Shown here: piece by piece, positions 22,535-34,724 of the stretch | Layout of the letters: each line of letters starts with the position of its first letter | Position numbering within the stretch: the first letter of the stretch is position 1 | From: Malacoraja senta | Lineage: Eukaryota | Length of the DNA: 64,000 nucleotides | Reading direction: 5' to 3' | Assembly (NCBI GenBank): GCA_038087875.1 | Contig: JAXLNO010005446.1 | Span: 1 to 64,000, forward strand | The notes under the pieces: generated by a model | Database searches by the model: none | What the model saw: the letters and a program-made list of their open reading frames with translations, nothing else | Told to the model about the DNA's origin: nothing | Translations under genes and position numbers: made by a program

Positions 22535-22816
22535 CAAGCGAGAGGGTCAGGGCTTCATCGAGGCTGACGTGAGCCACGAGGCAGCTGAAGGTGTCCCCGC
22601 GTTGGGGCTCGACCCGGATGTACTTCAGGATGTTGAAGGTCCAGTCTGTCTCGACCAGCAGTGCGGACGAGTGGACGGGGCCGGCGAAAGGTTGGCCGTT
22701 GACCAGGAACTGGAGCTCAATCTCGAAAGGGTAGAACCTCTCGGCAAAACAGTACAGGTTGATGGGTCTCTGTAGGGCGTGGTCCTCTTCCGTGTAGATG
22801 TGGACGATGGGTTTCT
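22535..22816 (-). CDS. WA: WA exon 3, Ig-C1 alpha2 domain (beta2-microglobulin-like)
   Basis: Acceptor cttgttgcAG|; KPIVHIYTEEDHALQRPINLYCFAERFYPFEIELQFLVNG...ALLVETDWTFNILKY...GDTFSCLVAHVSLDEALTLSL; donor G|GTAAGT; 282 nt, phase 1-1. Confidence 0.93.
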
Positions 22817-22849
22817 CTGCAACAAGAGGTAAGACTTTAACACCGTGAA

Positions 22850-22990
22850 TATGGTGGAGATATTACACCTCGAGGAAATGAGACTCGTCCTAGCAGGAAA
22901 ACAAGAACAATTCCTAAAAATATGGTCACCTTTTAATGATTGGTTACAAGTATAATATGGTGCAGCATAATCCTAGAAAGTTATTGTTTT
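22850..22990 (+). mobile_element. L1-clade LINE extreme 3' fragment
   Basis: EILHLEEMRLVLAGKQEQFLKIWSPF; related copies at about 24430-24490 and 49380-49640(-). Confidence 0.55.
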
Positions 22991-23254
22991 ACAACCAGGT
23001 GATGGGTGTGAATTAGGCTTCGAATTCCCTTTCTTTTTTGTTTAGCTCTACCTTTGGATTTTTTACTTATTTCCTTTCCCTTCTCAAGGCCCTCTTCTCT
23101 TTTTTTGTGATATAACTTTTTATTAGAAGCAAACATATTACAATGTAGAGTAACATATTATAATAGAAGAAAAAACTTTTCATATACATCAATCATCCAT
23201 ACATTATTAAATTTGTCAATTGTCAGTTAATGCTGCTCAGTTAAAATTGTCAAA

Positions 23255-24160
23255 TATGCAGACGACACGACAATAATTGGCCTCATCTCAGACAACAATG
23301 AATCACAATACCATCAAACAGTGGACAGCGCAGTCAAATGGTGTGCAGAAAACAACCTCCAGCTTAACACCTCAAAAACCTTAGAAACCATCATAGATTT
23401 CAGACGCAAACAAAACCTCAAACCCCCGGTCCATGTCAACTCCCATCCCATAACCTCCATGAACTTATTTAAGTTTCTGGGCACCTATATCTGCAACAAT
23501 CTAAAATGGCACATCAATGCTGACCACATCATTAAGAAAGGACAACAACGCCTATACTTCCTCAGACAGCTCAAGTAGTTCAGAGTCCACAAACACCTCC
23601 TGGTCCGCTTCTATCAATCCATCATTGAAAGCATCATCACCTCCTCAATCACAGTCTGGTACGGAAACACTGACAGTCACTCACTACACAGAATACAGCG
23701 CATTGTCTCCAAGGGCCTCTAGGATCATCAACTCTCCCCCTCCCCTCAATCCATTCCATTTACCTCCAACGTACCTCAAAACGGGCAACAAAGAATCATC
23801 TCGGACCCCCTCCCATCCAGCAAACCACCTTTTCCAGTCTCTCCCTTCAGGGAGGCGCCTTAGGTCACTTGCTACAAAATCCACCCGTTTTAAAAACAGT
23901 TTCTTCCCCTCAGCAATAAGAACACTTAATTCCCTCCAATAACATTTTGACTTTGATGTATACAGTGTCTTGTCTATGGGTTTTTGTCTGTTCTTTTGCA
24001 CTATGTATTGTTGGTGAGATTTGTGATTTGTGATGTGTTTTATTATTATTGTTATTAGTGTCAATGTGCTAAAGCCGTGTACCATCATGTACCGAACCCA
24101 ATTACCACCAACCCTGGTCGTGCGTGTGGCAAATAACGTTTCTATTCTATTCTATTCTTC
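23255..24160 (+). mobile_element. Rex1/Babar-like LINE 3' portion
   Basis: YADDTTIIGLISDN...KTLETIIDFRRK...KGQQRLYFLRQL...PSGRRLRSL...RFKNSFFP, with a (TTCTA)n tail. Confidence 0.88.
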
Positions 24161-25079
24161 TAGTGTTTTTTTTTAATATAGATAGAAAAAGAAAAATAGA
24201 GAGAAAGAAGAGAGAAGAAAGAAGAATTTCAATATCAAAAAAGAAAAAAAGGTGGAATGAATAACTTATAATACGTCATAGGAGATAAGTTCGTAGGTTA
24301 TGAAATATAATTACATCTAATGCTGAGTTCAAGCTTCAGTCGGGCTTTCACGCTGGGCCCACTCTATCCCTTCAAATAGGCAATGAATGGAGCCCATATT
24401 TTAACAAAAAGTTCTTGCTTGTCCATTAAGAAATGTCGGAGACCCTACATCTAGAAAGAATTAGACTCGTCTTAATGGACAAGGCCCTCTTGTCTTTGGG
24501 GCCTGTTTTCTTTTTTCTTTTTTCTTTTTCTTTTTTTTCACATTCTCAAGCACGCAGTCTACTTAACCATCATCGTTCATTTAACGCCAACTACTGCGGT
24601 CTACACTTCACTACTATCCTCATTCTTCTCTTCTTTCTCTTTTCTCTTTTTCTATTACAGGTTAAAGTTTTTTAAAAAAGAGAAGTTGTATGTACACGAA
24701 ACGTATTATGTTGCATATCATGATTAAGATGTATGTACAATGCTTCTAATTTAAAAAAAAAAAAAATACACTGTGAAGCCCGCGGTCTCCGGTAAGAAGA
24801 GGCCGACTCGGGAGCTCCAGTGTTCCGATCCGTCCCGACGCCGGAGTTTCCATCATCCCGACGAGAGGGTTTGGACAGCGGATCTCGTTCACAGGCACGG
24901 AAGTCGCTATCAAAACATGGGGTGGGACACAATTTCTCGGCGGCCGCGCATGCGCACACACACACGCCCACTCACGCGCGTGCGCACACACGTGAGGCTT
25001 CGGCCGTGGGCCCTGTGGACGGTAACATTGGGAGCTGACCTGGTTGGTGACTGACTCCGAACTCCAGCAACAGCAGCTT

Positions 25080-25450
25080 ATGGACAATAGACAATAGGTG
25101 CAGGGGTAGAGGCCATTCGGCCCTTCGAGCCAGCACCGCCATTCAATGTGATCATGGCTGATCATCCCCAATCAGTACCCCGTTCCTGCCTTCTCCCCAT
25201 ATCCCCTGACTCCGCTATCTTTAACAGCCCTATCTAGCTCTCTCTTGAAAGCATCCAGAGAACCGGCCTCCACCGCCCTCTGAGGCAGAGAATTCCACAG
25301 GCTCACCACTCTCTGTGAGAAAAAGTGTTTCCTCGTCTCCGTTCTAAATGGCCGACCCCTCATTCTTAAACTGTGTGTGTGGCCCCTGGTTCTGGACTCC
25401 CCAACATCGGGAACATGTTTCCTGCCTCTAGCGTGTCCAAACCATTAACA
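25080..25450 (-). mobile_element. CR1 3' fragment inserted into the GC-rich repeat
   Basis: ORF 25172-25363(-); AGCTT duplicated at 25075-25079 and 25451-25455. Confidence 0.85.
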
Positions 25451-25894
25451 AGCTTCGTCCGCCCCGAATCGTGGGGCTTGAATGGGCCCGTTCGCGGGGG
25501 GGGGCTTTCATCGGCCGGCGGGGGCTTCAACATCGGGAGCCTCGATCGCCTCGATGCAGCGGTTTGATTTTAAGCCGCGCCGGGCGATGAAAGGCCCCGC
25601 GAACTGGGCCGATTCAGCCCTTAGAAAGCGGCTGATAAAATCCGGATTACAAAACATGGGGGGGATTGTCCCCCACCTCTCAAAGCAGGGAGGGGAAGAG
25701 TCCCCCCCCGTCCCCCCCAGGATATCCGCCCCTGGGACTGCTCAAAAGACCCGACCACCAGGGGTGAACAAAGGAGGAGGATGACTGGACTTTATTGCCT
25801 GCCGTCAGTGAGGAATGAATGTGGTGGATGTTTCTGTTAAATTTCTTGTGTATTAAGATGTTTTTACTAGTATGGTAAGTCAAATATCACTGTA

Positions 25895-26325
25895 GAAATA
25901 AAATGCTGGAGAAACTCAGCGGATGAGGCAGCACTATGGAGCGAAGGAATAGGTGACGTTTCGGGTCGAGACATCCTCTATTGTCAGAGTGAGGCCCAGC
26001 GCAAATTGGAGGGGCAGCACCTCATATTTCACTTGGGTAGTTTACACCCCAGCGGTACGAACATTGACTTCTCCAATTTCAGGTAGTCCCTGCTTTCTCC
26101 CTCCTTCCCCTCCCCTTGCCAGCTCTCCCACAGCCCACTGTCTCCGCCTCATCCTTTCTTCTTCCTGCCCCCCCCCCCACCCTCCCCACATCAGTCTGAA
26201 GAAGGGTCTCGACCCGAAACGTCACCTATTCCTTCGCTTCATAGATGCTGCCTCACCCGCTGAGTTTCTCCAGCATTTTTGTCTATCTTCGATTTTTCCA
26301 GCATCTGCAGTTCTTCCTTAAACAA
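25895..26325 (+). mobile_element. Penelope-like element 3' end with inverted terminal module
   Basis: GQHLIFHLGSLHPSGTNIDFSNFR, then CTGAAGAAGGGTCTCGACCCGAAACGTC. Confidence 0.82.
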
Positions 26326-26409
26326 ATATCACTGTATTGGACAATAATGCTATCCTACACACTAGGGACAATTTTACAACTATACCAGGCCAATTAACCT
26401 CTGAGCCTG

Positions 26410-27200
26410 TACGTGCAGCGTAGGTTCACGAGGTTAATTCCCGGGATGGCGGGATTGTCATATGTTGAGAGAATGGAGCGGCTGTGCTTGTATACTCTGG
26501 CGTTTAGAAGGACGACAGGGAATCTTATTGAAACTTATAAGATTATTAAAGGTTTGGACACGCTAAAGGCAGGAAACATGTTCCCGATGTTGGGGGAGCC
26601 CAGAACCAGGGGCCACACACAGTTTAAGAATAAGGGGTCGGCCTTATTCAGGCTTCAGGTAGTCCTTACTTTCTCCCCTTCTTAGCTCTCCCTCAGACCA
26701 CTGGCTCCACCTCTTCCTTTCTCCTTATTCTTAAAGTGTGGCCCCTGGTTCTGGACTCCCCCAACATCGGGAACATGTTTCCTGCCTCTAGCGTGTCCAA
26801 GCCCTTAACAATCTTACATGTTTCAATGAGATATCCTCTCATCCTTCTAAACTCCAGAGTATACAAGCCCAGCCGCTCCATTCTCTCAGCATATGACAGT
26901 CCCGCCATCCCGAGAATTAACCTTGTAAACCTACGCTGGGCTCCCTCAATAGCAAGAATGTCCTTCCTCAAATTTGGGGACCAAAACTGCACACAATACT
27001 CCAGGTGTGGTCTCACTAGGGCCCTGTACAACTGCAGAAGGACCACTTTGCTCCTATATTCGATTCCTCTCGTTATGAAGGCCAACAGGCCATTGGCTTT
27101 CTTCACTGCCTGCTGCACCTGCATGCTTACTTTCATAGACTGATGTACAAGGACCCCCAGATCCCGTTGTACTTCCCCTTTTCCCATCTTGACGCCATTT
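26410..27200. mobile_element. Two CR1 fragments in opposite orientation
   Basis: ORFs 26413-26685(+) and 26693-27187(-). Confidence 0.88.
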
Positions 27201-27328
27201 AGATAGATGCTGCCTCACCCGCCGAGTTTCTCCAGCACGTTTTGTCTACATTCCTTTGGTTTATTTATGATTCATTCGCAAGAAGAGGAAGAAGTAGCAT
27301 CCTCCGCTTTCCTCGCACGCCGACTTAC

Positions 27329-27604
27329 TGCTGGCGATGGGTTGGTTGTTGTTGCCGGCCGTCAGTTCGCTCATGTCACCCCGGGTCTGGGTCTGAAACC
27401 CCTCGGCCCTCTGCGCGAAAGAGGTCACCTCCGCCTCGCCCAGCTCCTCCCTCCCGTCGGTGGCCATGCCGTTGACGTAGAAGGCGCGCGCCTCGTGGTC
27501 GTAGGCGAGGAAGGGCACGGAGTTCACGCTGAGGATGTCCAGAGTCTTCTCCGAGCCCGACGAGCCCCGGCCGTAGACGAAATGCTCGGACAACGTCTCG
27601 ATCT
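27329..27604 (-). CDS. WA: WA exon 2, membrane-distal alpha1 domain
   Basis: Acceptor tctctcgccccaccAG|; IETLSEHFVYGRGSSGSEKTLDILSVNSVPFLAYDHEARAFYVNG...NNNQPIAS; donor A|GTAAGT; 276 nt, phase 1-1; LSVNSVPFLAYD resembles class I alpha1 YVDDTQFVRFD. Confidence 0.9.
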
Positions 27605-27719
27605 CTGGTGGGGCGAGAGAACGACGGAGAAGAGAATCAAGTCAAGCAAGTCAAAAGTGCTGGAGAAACTCAGCGGGTGAGGCAGCATCTATGGAGCAAA
27701 GGAAATTTTGGTCCCTTCA

Positions 27720-28450
27720 TTTGAGGAAGGACATTCTTGCTATTGAGGGAGCCCAGCGTAGGTTTTACAAGGTTAATTCCCGGGATGGCGGGACTGTCAT
27801 ATGCTGAGAGAATGGAGCGGCTGGGCTTGTGCACTCTGGAGTTTAGAAGGATGAGAGGGTATCTCATTGAATCATATAAGATTATTCAGGGTTTGGACAA
27901 GCTAGAGGCAGGAAACATGTTCCTGATGTTGGGGGAGTCCAGAACCAGGGGCCACACACACAGTTGAAGAATAAGGGGTAGGCCATTTATAACGGAGACG
28001 AGGAAACACTTTTTCTCACAGAGAGTGGTGAGTCTGTGGAATTCTCTGCCTCAGAGGGCGGTGGAGGCCGGTTCTCTGGATGCTTTCGAGAGAGAGCTAG
28101 ATAGGGCTCTTAAAGTTAGTGGAGGCAGGGGATATGGGGAGAAGGCAGGAGCAGGGTACCGATTGGCCATCAGCATGTTCCCGATGTTGGGGGAGTCCAG
28201 AACCAGGGGCCACACACAGTTTAGGAGTAAGGGGAGGTCGGCCATTTTGAACGGAGACGAGGAGAAACATTTCCATCCAGAGAGTTGTGAATCTGTGGCC
28301 ATTTAGGACTGAGATGAGGAGAAACTTTTCCACCCAGAGAATTGTAAATCTGTGGAATTCTCTGCCTCAGAGGGCGGTGGATGATCAGCCATGATCGCAT
28401 TGAACGGCGGTGCTGGCTCGAAGGGCCGAATGGCCTGCTCCTGCACCTTT
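27720..28450 (+). mobile_element. CR1 fragments in WA intron 1
   Basis: ORFs 27737-27967 and 28025-28306. Confidence 0.85.
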
Positions 28451-28613
28451 TGTCTATTGTCTATACCATTAACCCGCTGAGACAAAAGTATGTCTGAAGA
28501 AGGGTCCCGACCCGAAACGTCACCCATTCCTTCTCTCCAGAGGTGCTGCCTATCCCCGCTGAGTTACTCCAGCATTTTTTTGCGCCTGCCTTTGGAATAA
28601 ACTTCCTACTCAC

Positions 28614-28674
28614 CAATCGTTACCACGGCTGCAGCCAGAGACAGCAGGACCATTAGCAAGCCTCCGAGACCCAT
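28614..28674 (-). CDS. WA: WA exon 1, signal peptide
   Basis: MGLGGLLMVLLSLAAAVVTI; A at -3; donor G|GTGAGT; 61 nt, phase 1. Confidence 0.88.
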
Positions 28675-28789
28675 GTTCCAGAACAATCTATCTCCCCGGA
28701 GACTTGTACAGAGGAGATCCTGTTAACGAAGTGCAGGCACAACCCACTAACCCCCAGAGAAATTGAGCCGATTTATGTTCCATGCATTT

Positions 28790-28892
28790 CACAACCAATG
28801 TTAATTACTAGGGTGAGTGCCAAACCTAAATTGGCTCAGGTTCAAAATGATCAGCCACTGCCTTCGGGAAGTTCCCCAGAATGTACGTCACT
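28790..28892. promoter_or_regulatory. WA proximal promoter motifs
   Basis: CCAAT 28795-28799; ATTGG 28830-28834; kappaB-like GGGAAGTTCC 28866-28875; CRE-like TACGTCA 28884-28890. Confidence 0.5.
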
Positions 28893-29036
28893 TTTTTTTA
28901 TGAAGAGGGCATTGTGGTCTTTTGAAAACCATTGCCTATTGTCATTTGCACTCCCTCATGTCTCCATTCCTTCACTCCAACTGCTTGTCACGGGCTGTTT
29001 GCATTCACCTCAGTGAGCGACTGGCTTTGTCACGGG

Positions 29037-29234
29037 CAGGGCCGGATTTAGATGAAGAGAGGCCCTAGGCTATTCCACTTGTGAGGCCCCTCCCAGTCCG
29101 CTATGCAAGGCCCCTCCCAATCAGCCTATGAAGCCTATAGGTAAATCTGGCCCTGCCGAGGCCCCCCTAGATCTCGAGGCCCTAAGCTTAAGGCCTTACG
29201 TAAATTCTGAAGCTTATACGTAAATCCTGCCCTG
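29037..29234. mobile_element. hAT-type MITE, 198 bp
   Basis: TIRs CAGGGCCGGATTTA / TAAATCCTGCCCTG; exact 8-bp target duplication GTCACGGG at 29029-29036 and 29235-29242. Confidence 0.88.
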
Positions 29235-29279
29235 GTCACGGGCATATTGTGAGAAAAAAATGCTTCTCCGTGTTGCTTT

Positions 29280-30240
29280 GGGTTTGGACACGCTAGAGGC
29301 AGGAAGCATGTTCCCGATGTTGGGGGAGTCCAGAACCGGGGGGCCACACACAGTTTAGGAATAAGGGGGGTCGGCCATTTTGAACGGAGACGAGGAAATA
29401 CTTTTTTCACCTGGAGAGTTGTGAATCTGTGGCCATTTAGGACTGAGATGAGGAGAAACTTTCCCACCCAGAGAGTTGCGAGTCTGTGGAATTCTGTTCC
29501 ACATTCCACATCTGTTCCAGATGTTGGGGGAGCCCAGAACCAGGGGCCACAGTTTAAGAATAAGGGGTAAGCCATTTAGAACGGAGACGATGAAACACTT
29601 TTTCTCACAGAGAGTGGTGAGTCTGTGGCCGTTTAGGACTGAGACGAGAAGAAACTTTTCCACCCAGAGAGTTGTGAGTCTGTGGAATTCTCTGCCTCAG
29701 AGGGCGGTGGAGGCCGGTTCCCTGGATGCTTTCAAGTGTAAAGAATCTATAACGAGGCATCGTTACTTTACTATCTTTATTCATACTGGAGCATTACATT
29801 TTGCACTAGCTGTACGTGGTCTGTCACAGGAACTAGAGAGTGATCTGTGGGTGGGGAGGTTGTAGTTATACTTGTGATATGGGGAGTGGTTAGTAGGTAT
29901 GAGGTCACTATGTTAAAGGCACATGCATATATCATCTACATCAAGGGAGAGCTAGATAGGGCTCTTAAAGATAGCGGAGTCAGGAGATATGGGGAGAAGG
30001 CAGGAACGGGGTACTAATTGGGGATGATCAGCCATGAGATGAGGAAGAACTTCTTCACCCAGAGGGTGGTTAATTTATGGAATTCACTGCCCCAGGGAGC
30101 AGTGGAAGCAGAAAATTAAATATATTTAAGTCTAAAATAGATGTTTTTTTAGCTGCCAAGGGGATAAGGGGCTACGGGGAGAGGGCAGGGATATGGACCT
30201 AGGTATGGTTAGTATAGTAAGACCTGAGTGATCTCCTGGA
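29280..30240 (+). mobile_element. Scrambled CR1 3' fragments in the WA-WB intergenic region
   Basis: Repeated GNMFPMLGE / TETRKHFFSQRVV segments. Confidence 0.8.
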
Positions 30241-30689
30241 CAAGTGTCGATCGCCTGGATTGGGGTCGGAGAGGAATTTCCCGGATTTTTTTCCCGAATT
30301 GGACCTGGGTTTTTATCCGGTTTTTTGCCTCCCCCAGGAGATCACGCGGTTCTTGGGGTGGAGAGGGGTGATAGCGATATAAAGGGGAGGGTAGTGTCTT
30401 GTGTTCTGTGTCTTGTGTCTACTGTTTGTGGGTAAGGGTGTCTGTTTAGTGTTCAGCCATGAGCGAATGGCGGTGCGGGCTCGATGGGCCTGGTGGTCTA
30501 CTCTCGCACCTACTTTCTATGTTTCTATGTTTCTATGATCGCATCGAATGGCGGTGCTGGCTCGAAGGGCCGAATGGCCTCTACTCCTGCACCTATTGTC
30601 TATTGTCTATTTAATATCACAGTGAAATTATTTTCTTATGTGCTGTAAAGTATTGCCAAATTGAAGCACAATCCCCGATTAGCAACAAG

Positions 30690-30930
30690 AGCTGGCTGCC
30701 AAAGTCCCCGGTTCAATCCTGGCCACTGCTGTCTGTACGCAGTTTGTACGTTCTCCCCGTGACCACGTGGCTTTTTCTCCGGGTGCCCCCGGTTTCCTCC
30801 CACACCCCAAATGACGCACCGGTTTGCAGGCTAATTGGTGTTGTGAAATTTGTAAATTGCCCACCTGGCGTGCGTGGGATAGTGTCAGCGGGCTGGTCGG
30901 CAAGGACCCGGTTGGAAGAAAGTCCTGTTT
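30690..30930 (+). mobile_element. Degenerate V-SINE
   Basis: CCCGGTTCAATCC box B and V-domain. Confidence 0.7.
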
Positions 30931-31105
30931 CTGCGCTCCCGCCCCACCCACAGGGAGGGGCACAACTTTTCCGTCACAGATCAATTGCCAAACGACCGGG
31001 TGTCTGTTTCCAGTGGGTGGAGTCGGATAGGTTGCTTGTGTTTGAACCTCCCGTCTCAGTTCGTTCACTCTCCCAGTCGATTCAGGCTGATCGAGAATCC
31101 TGAAG

Positions 31106-31178
31106 ATGAGAGTGACTTTGGTGGCCATTTTTCATGCGTTTGTTTCAGTCGTGGGTGGGCTAGCCAGCGACCAAAGTG
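31106..31178 (+). CDS. WB: WB-2 (MHC W-category beta chain) exon 1, signal peptide
   Basis: MRVTLVAIFHAFVSVVGGLASDQS; A at -3; donor G|GTAAGT; 73 nt, phase 1. Confidence 0.85.
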
Positions 31179-31235
31179 GTAAGTTGCTTATTTATTTGCT
31201 AATGTACCCTGTGGGCCATCTACCCTTCCAGAGCG

Positions 31236-31440
31236 GCACGGTGGCACTGCGGTAGAGTCACTGCCTCACAGCGCCAGACGCGCCCTGGGTTCGATCCTGA
31301 CCACGGGTGCTGTCTGCACGGGAGTTTGCACGTTCTCCCCACTGCCGCGTGGGTTTACTCCAGGTGCTCCGGTTTCCTCCCACACTGCAAAGACGAACAG
31401 ATTTGCAGGATAATTGGCTTCTCACACTGCATGTAGACGT
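31236..31440 (+). mobile_element. V-SINE (HE1-like)
   Basis: GCACGGTGGCACTGCGGTAGAG...GGGTTCGATCC...V-domain. Confidence 0.85.
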
Positions 31441-31444
31441 GGAA

Positions 31445-34370
31445 CATAGAAAACATAGAAAATAGGTGCAGGAGTAGAGGCCATTGGGCCCTTCGAGCCA
31501 GCACCGCCATTCAATGTGATCATGGCTGATCGTCCCCAATCAGTACCCCGTTCCTGCCTTCTCCCCATATCCCCTGACTCCGCTATCTTTAAGAGCCCTA
31601 TCTAGCTCTCTCTTGAAAGTATCCAGAGAACCTGCCTCCACCGCCCTCTGAGGCAGAGAATTCCACAGACTCACAACTCTCTGTGAGAAAAAGTGTTTCC
31701 TCGTCTACGTTCTAAATGGCCGACCCCTTATTCTTAAACTGTGGCCCCTGGTTCTGGACTCCCCCAACATCGGGAACATGTTTCCTGCCTCTAGCGTGTC
31801 CAAGCCCTTAACGATCTTATATGTTTCAATGAGATGCCCTTTCATCCTTCTAAACTCCAGAGTGTACAAGCCCAGCTGCTCCATTCTCTCAGCATATGAC
31901 AGTCCCGCCATCCTAGGAATTAACCTTGTAAACCTACGCTGCACTCCCTCAATAGCAAGAATACCAAACCCTTAGCAATCTTATATGTTTCATTGTGAGT
32001 TGTGAATTTGAAAGTTGTGAATTTGTGGAATTCCCTGCCACAGATGGCAGTGGAGGCCAAATCACTGGATGGATTTACGAGAGAGTCAGATAGAGCTCTA
32101 GGGGCTAGTGGAATCATGGGATATGGGGAGAAGGCAGGAACGGGGTACTGATTGGGGATGATCAGCCATGATCACAATGCATGGCCAAATGGCCTCCTCC
32201 TGCACCTATTTTCTGTGTATCTATGTACTTACTGGGAAGGCCAGCGCGGGACAGGATCTCGCCGTTGGATACTGTCTATGCAATCAACTCCAACTCAAGT
32301 ACAGTAGAGATAGCAAAAGTAAATATCTGATATCTGATGTATAGCACCATATTATCTGCACAGAATGCAAAAAAAAGTTTTCGCTTGTGTATCGTGAAAA
32401 TACAAACCATTACCACTTTTTGTATGAGAGAGAATGGGTGACACTTCTTCCCTCTCCCATTGGGAAGATCATTCTTGCCATTGAGGGAGCCCAGCGTAGG
32501 TTCACCAGGTTAATTCCCAGGATGGCGGGACTGTCATATGCTGAGAGAATGGAGCGGCTGGGCTTGTACACTCTGGAGTTTAGAAGGATGACAGGTTATC
32601 TTATTGAAACATATCAGATTATTAAGGTAGACAAAAATGTTGGAGAAACTCAGCGGGTGAGGCAGCATCTATGGAGCAAAGGAATAGGTGACTCTTCTTG
32701 AGGGTTTCGGCCCGAAACGTTGCCTATTTCCTTCGCTCCATAGATGCTGCCTCACCCGCTGAGTTTCTCCAGCATTTTTGTCTACCTTCGATTTTCTAGC
32801 ACCTGCAGTTCCTTCTTAAAGATAAGATTATTAAGGGTTTGGACACGATAGAGGCAGGAAACATGTTCCCGATGTTCGGGGAGTCCAGAGTCCAGGGGCC
32901 ACACAGTTTAAGAATAAGGGGTCGGCCATTTAGAACGGAGATGAGGAAAAACTTTTTCATCCAGAGAGTTGTGAGTCTGTGGAATTCTCTGCCGGTTCTC
33001 TGGATGCTTTCAAGAGAGAGCTAGATAGGGCTCTTAAAGATAGTGGAGTCAGGGGATATGGGGAGAGAGGGTGGGTGAGAGAGGGAGAGAGAGAGGGGAT
33101 ATGGGGAGAAGGCAGGAACGGGAATCTGATTGGGGATGATCAGCCGTGATCACATTGAATGGCGGTGCTGGCTCAAAGGGCCGAATGGCCTCTACTCCTG
33201 AACCTATTGTCTATTGTCTATTGTTTTGGGTCGAGACCCTTCTTCAGACTGGAGTAAGGTCTCGACCCAAAACGTCACCCATTCCTTCTCTTCAGAGACG
33301 CTGCCTGTCCCGCTGAGTTACTCCAGCACTTTGTGTCTTATCTCCGGTGCAAACCAGCATCCTTCTGACCCCACGTTTTCTTTAACCTACATTCTCCTGG
33401 CTGTTGTGTCAAAGTTTTGCACCTCATCTTGTAGGCATAGCAACAAGAATTAAAACAAACATCAGTCCACCTGGACTTACCTGATCTCCCGGTTGCCAAA
33501 CACTTAAATTTCCCTGGAGAACGGAATCATAATCATAATCATAATGAATGAATAAATGCATAAGTTTATTGGCCAAGTATTCACATACAAGGAATTTGCC
33601 TTGGTGCTCCGCCCACAAGTGACAACATGACATACAGTGATAGGAATGACACATTAAACATTAATAATAAAACATTATTGATTAAACATGTGAATTAAAT
33701 AAAATACCAGAGCAGAAGGAGGCTACAGATTTTTGGTTATTGAGTAGAGCTATGACTCAATAGACAATAGACAACAGGTGCAGGAGTAGAGGCCATTCGG
33801 CCCTTCGAGCCAGCACCGCCATTCAATGTGATCATGGCTGATCATCCCCAATCAGTACCCCGTTCCTGCCTTCTCCCCATATCCCCTGACTCTGCTATTT
33901 TAAGAGTCCTATCTAGTTCTCTCTTGAAAGCATCCAGAGAACCGGCCTCCACCGCCCTCTGAGGCAGAGAATTCCACAGACTCACAACTCTCTGTGAGAA
34001 AAAGTGTTTCCTCGTCTCCGTTCTAAATGGCTTACTCCTTATTCTTAAACTGTGTGTGTGGCCCCTGGTTCTGGACTCCCCCAACATGGGGAACATGTTT
34101 CCTGCCTCTAGTGTGTCCAAGCCCTTAACAATCTTATATGTTTCAATGAGATTGCCTCTCATCCTTCTAAACTCCAGAGTGTACAAGCCCAGCTGCTCCA
34201 TTCTCTCAGCATATGACAGTCCTGCCATCCCGGGAATTAACCTGGTGAACCTACGCTGGGCTACCTCAATAGCAAGAATGTCCTTCCTCAAATTAGGGGA
34301 CCAAAACTGCACACAATACTCCAGGTGCGGTCTCACCAGGGCCCTGTACAACTGCAGAAGGAATTTTAAC
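31445..34370. mobile_element. Cluster of CR1 fragments and Penelope-derived mini elements in WB-2 intron 1
   Basis: ORFs 31705-31944(-), 32387-32701(+), 32839-33024(+), 33842-34435(-); palindromic mini element at about 32625-32820. Confidence 0.82.
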
Positions 34371-34724
34371 ATGAACATCCACCACAGTGACTCCTCCACA
34401 TTCCTCACTGTGATGGAAGGCGAAAAAAAGTTCAATCTCTCCCTTCTTTGTCCTCCAGCGGTCGGGGGCCTCTAACCTTCCGTGGACGGGATGATCTTAC
34501 TCCTGTAGCCGGCCGAATGGCCTATTCCTGCACCTATTGTCTATTGTCGCCCATTCCGTCTCTCGCGAGATGCTGCCTGACCCGCTGAGTAACTCCAGTA
34601 TTTTGTGTCAAACGATTTGTTAACTGCCACTGTTAGCACTTGTTAACAGCCAGTAGTTAACAGTAGTTATACCTTCGATTTTACCAGCATCTGCGGTTCT
34701 TTCTTACGCATCTTACGAGCTCGT

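Noticed and set aside
22535-22816. Calling this exon beta2-microglobulin itself
   Set aside because: It is spliced in phase between an alpha1-type exon and a TM exon, whereas B2M is a soluble single domain.
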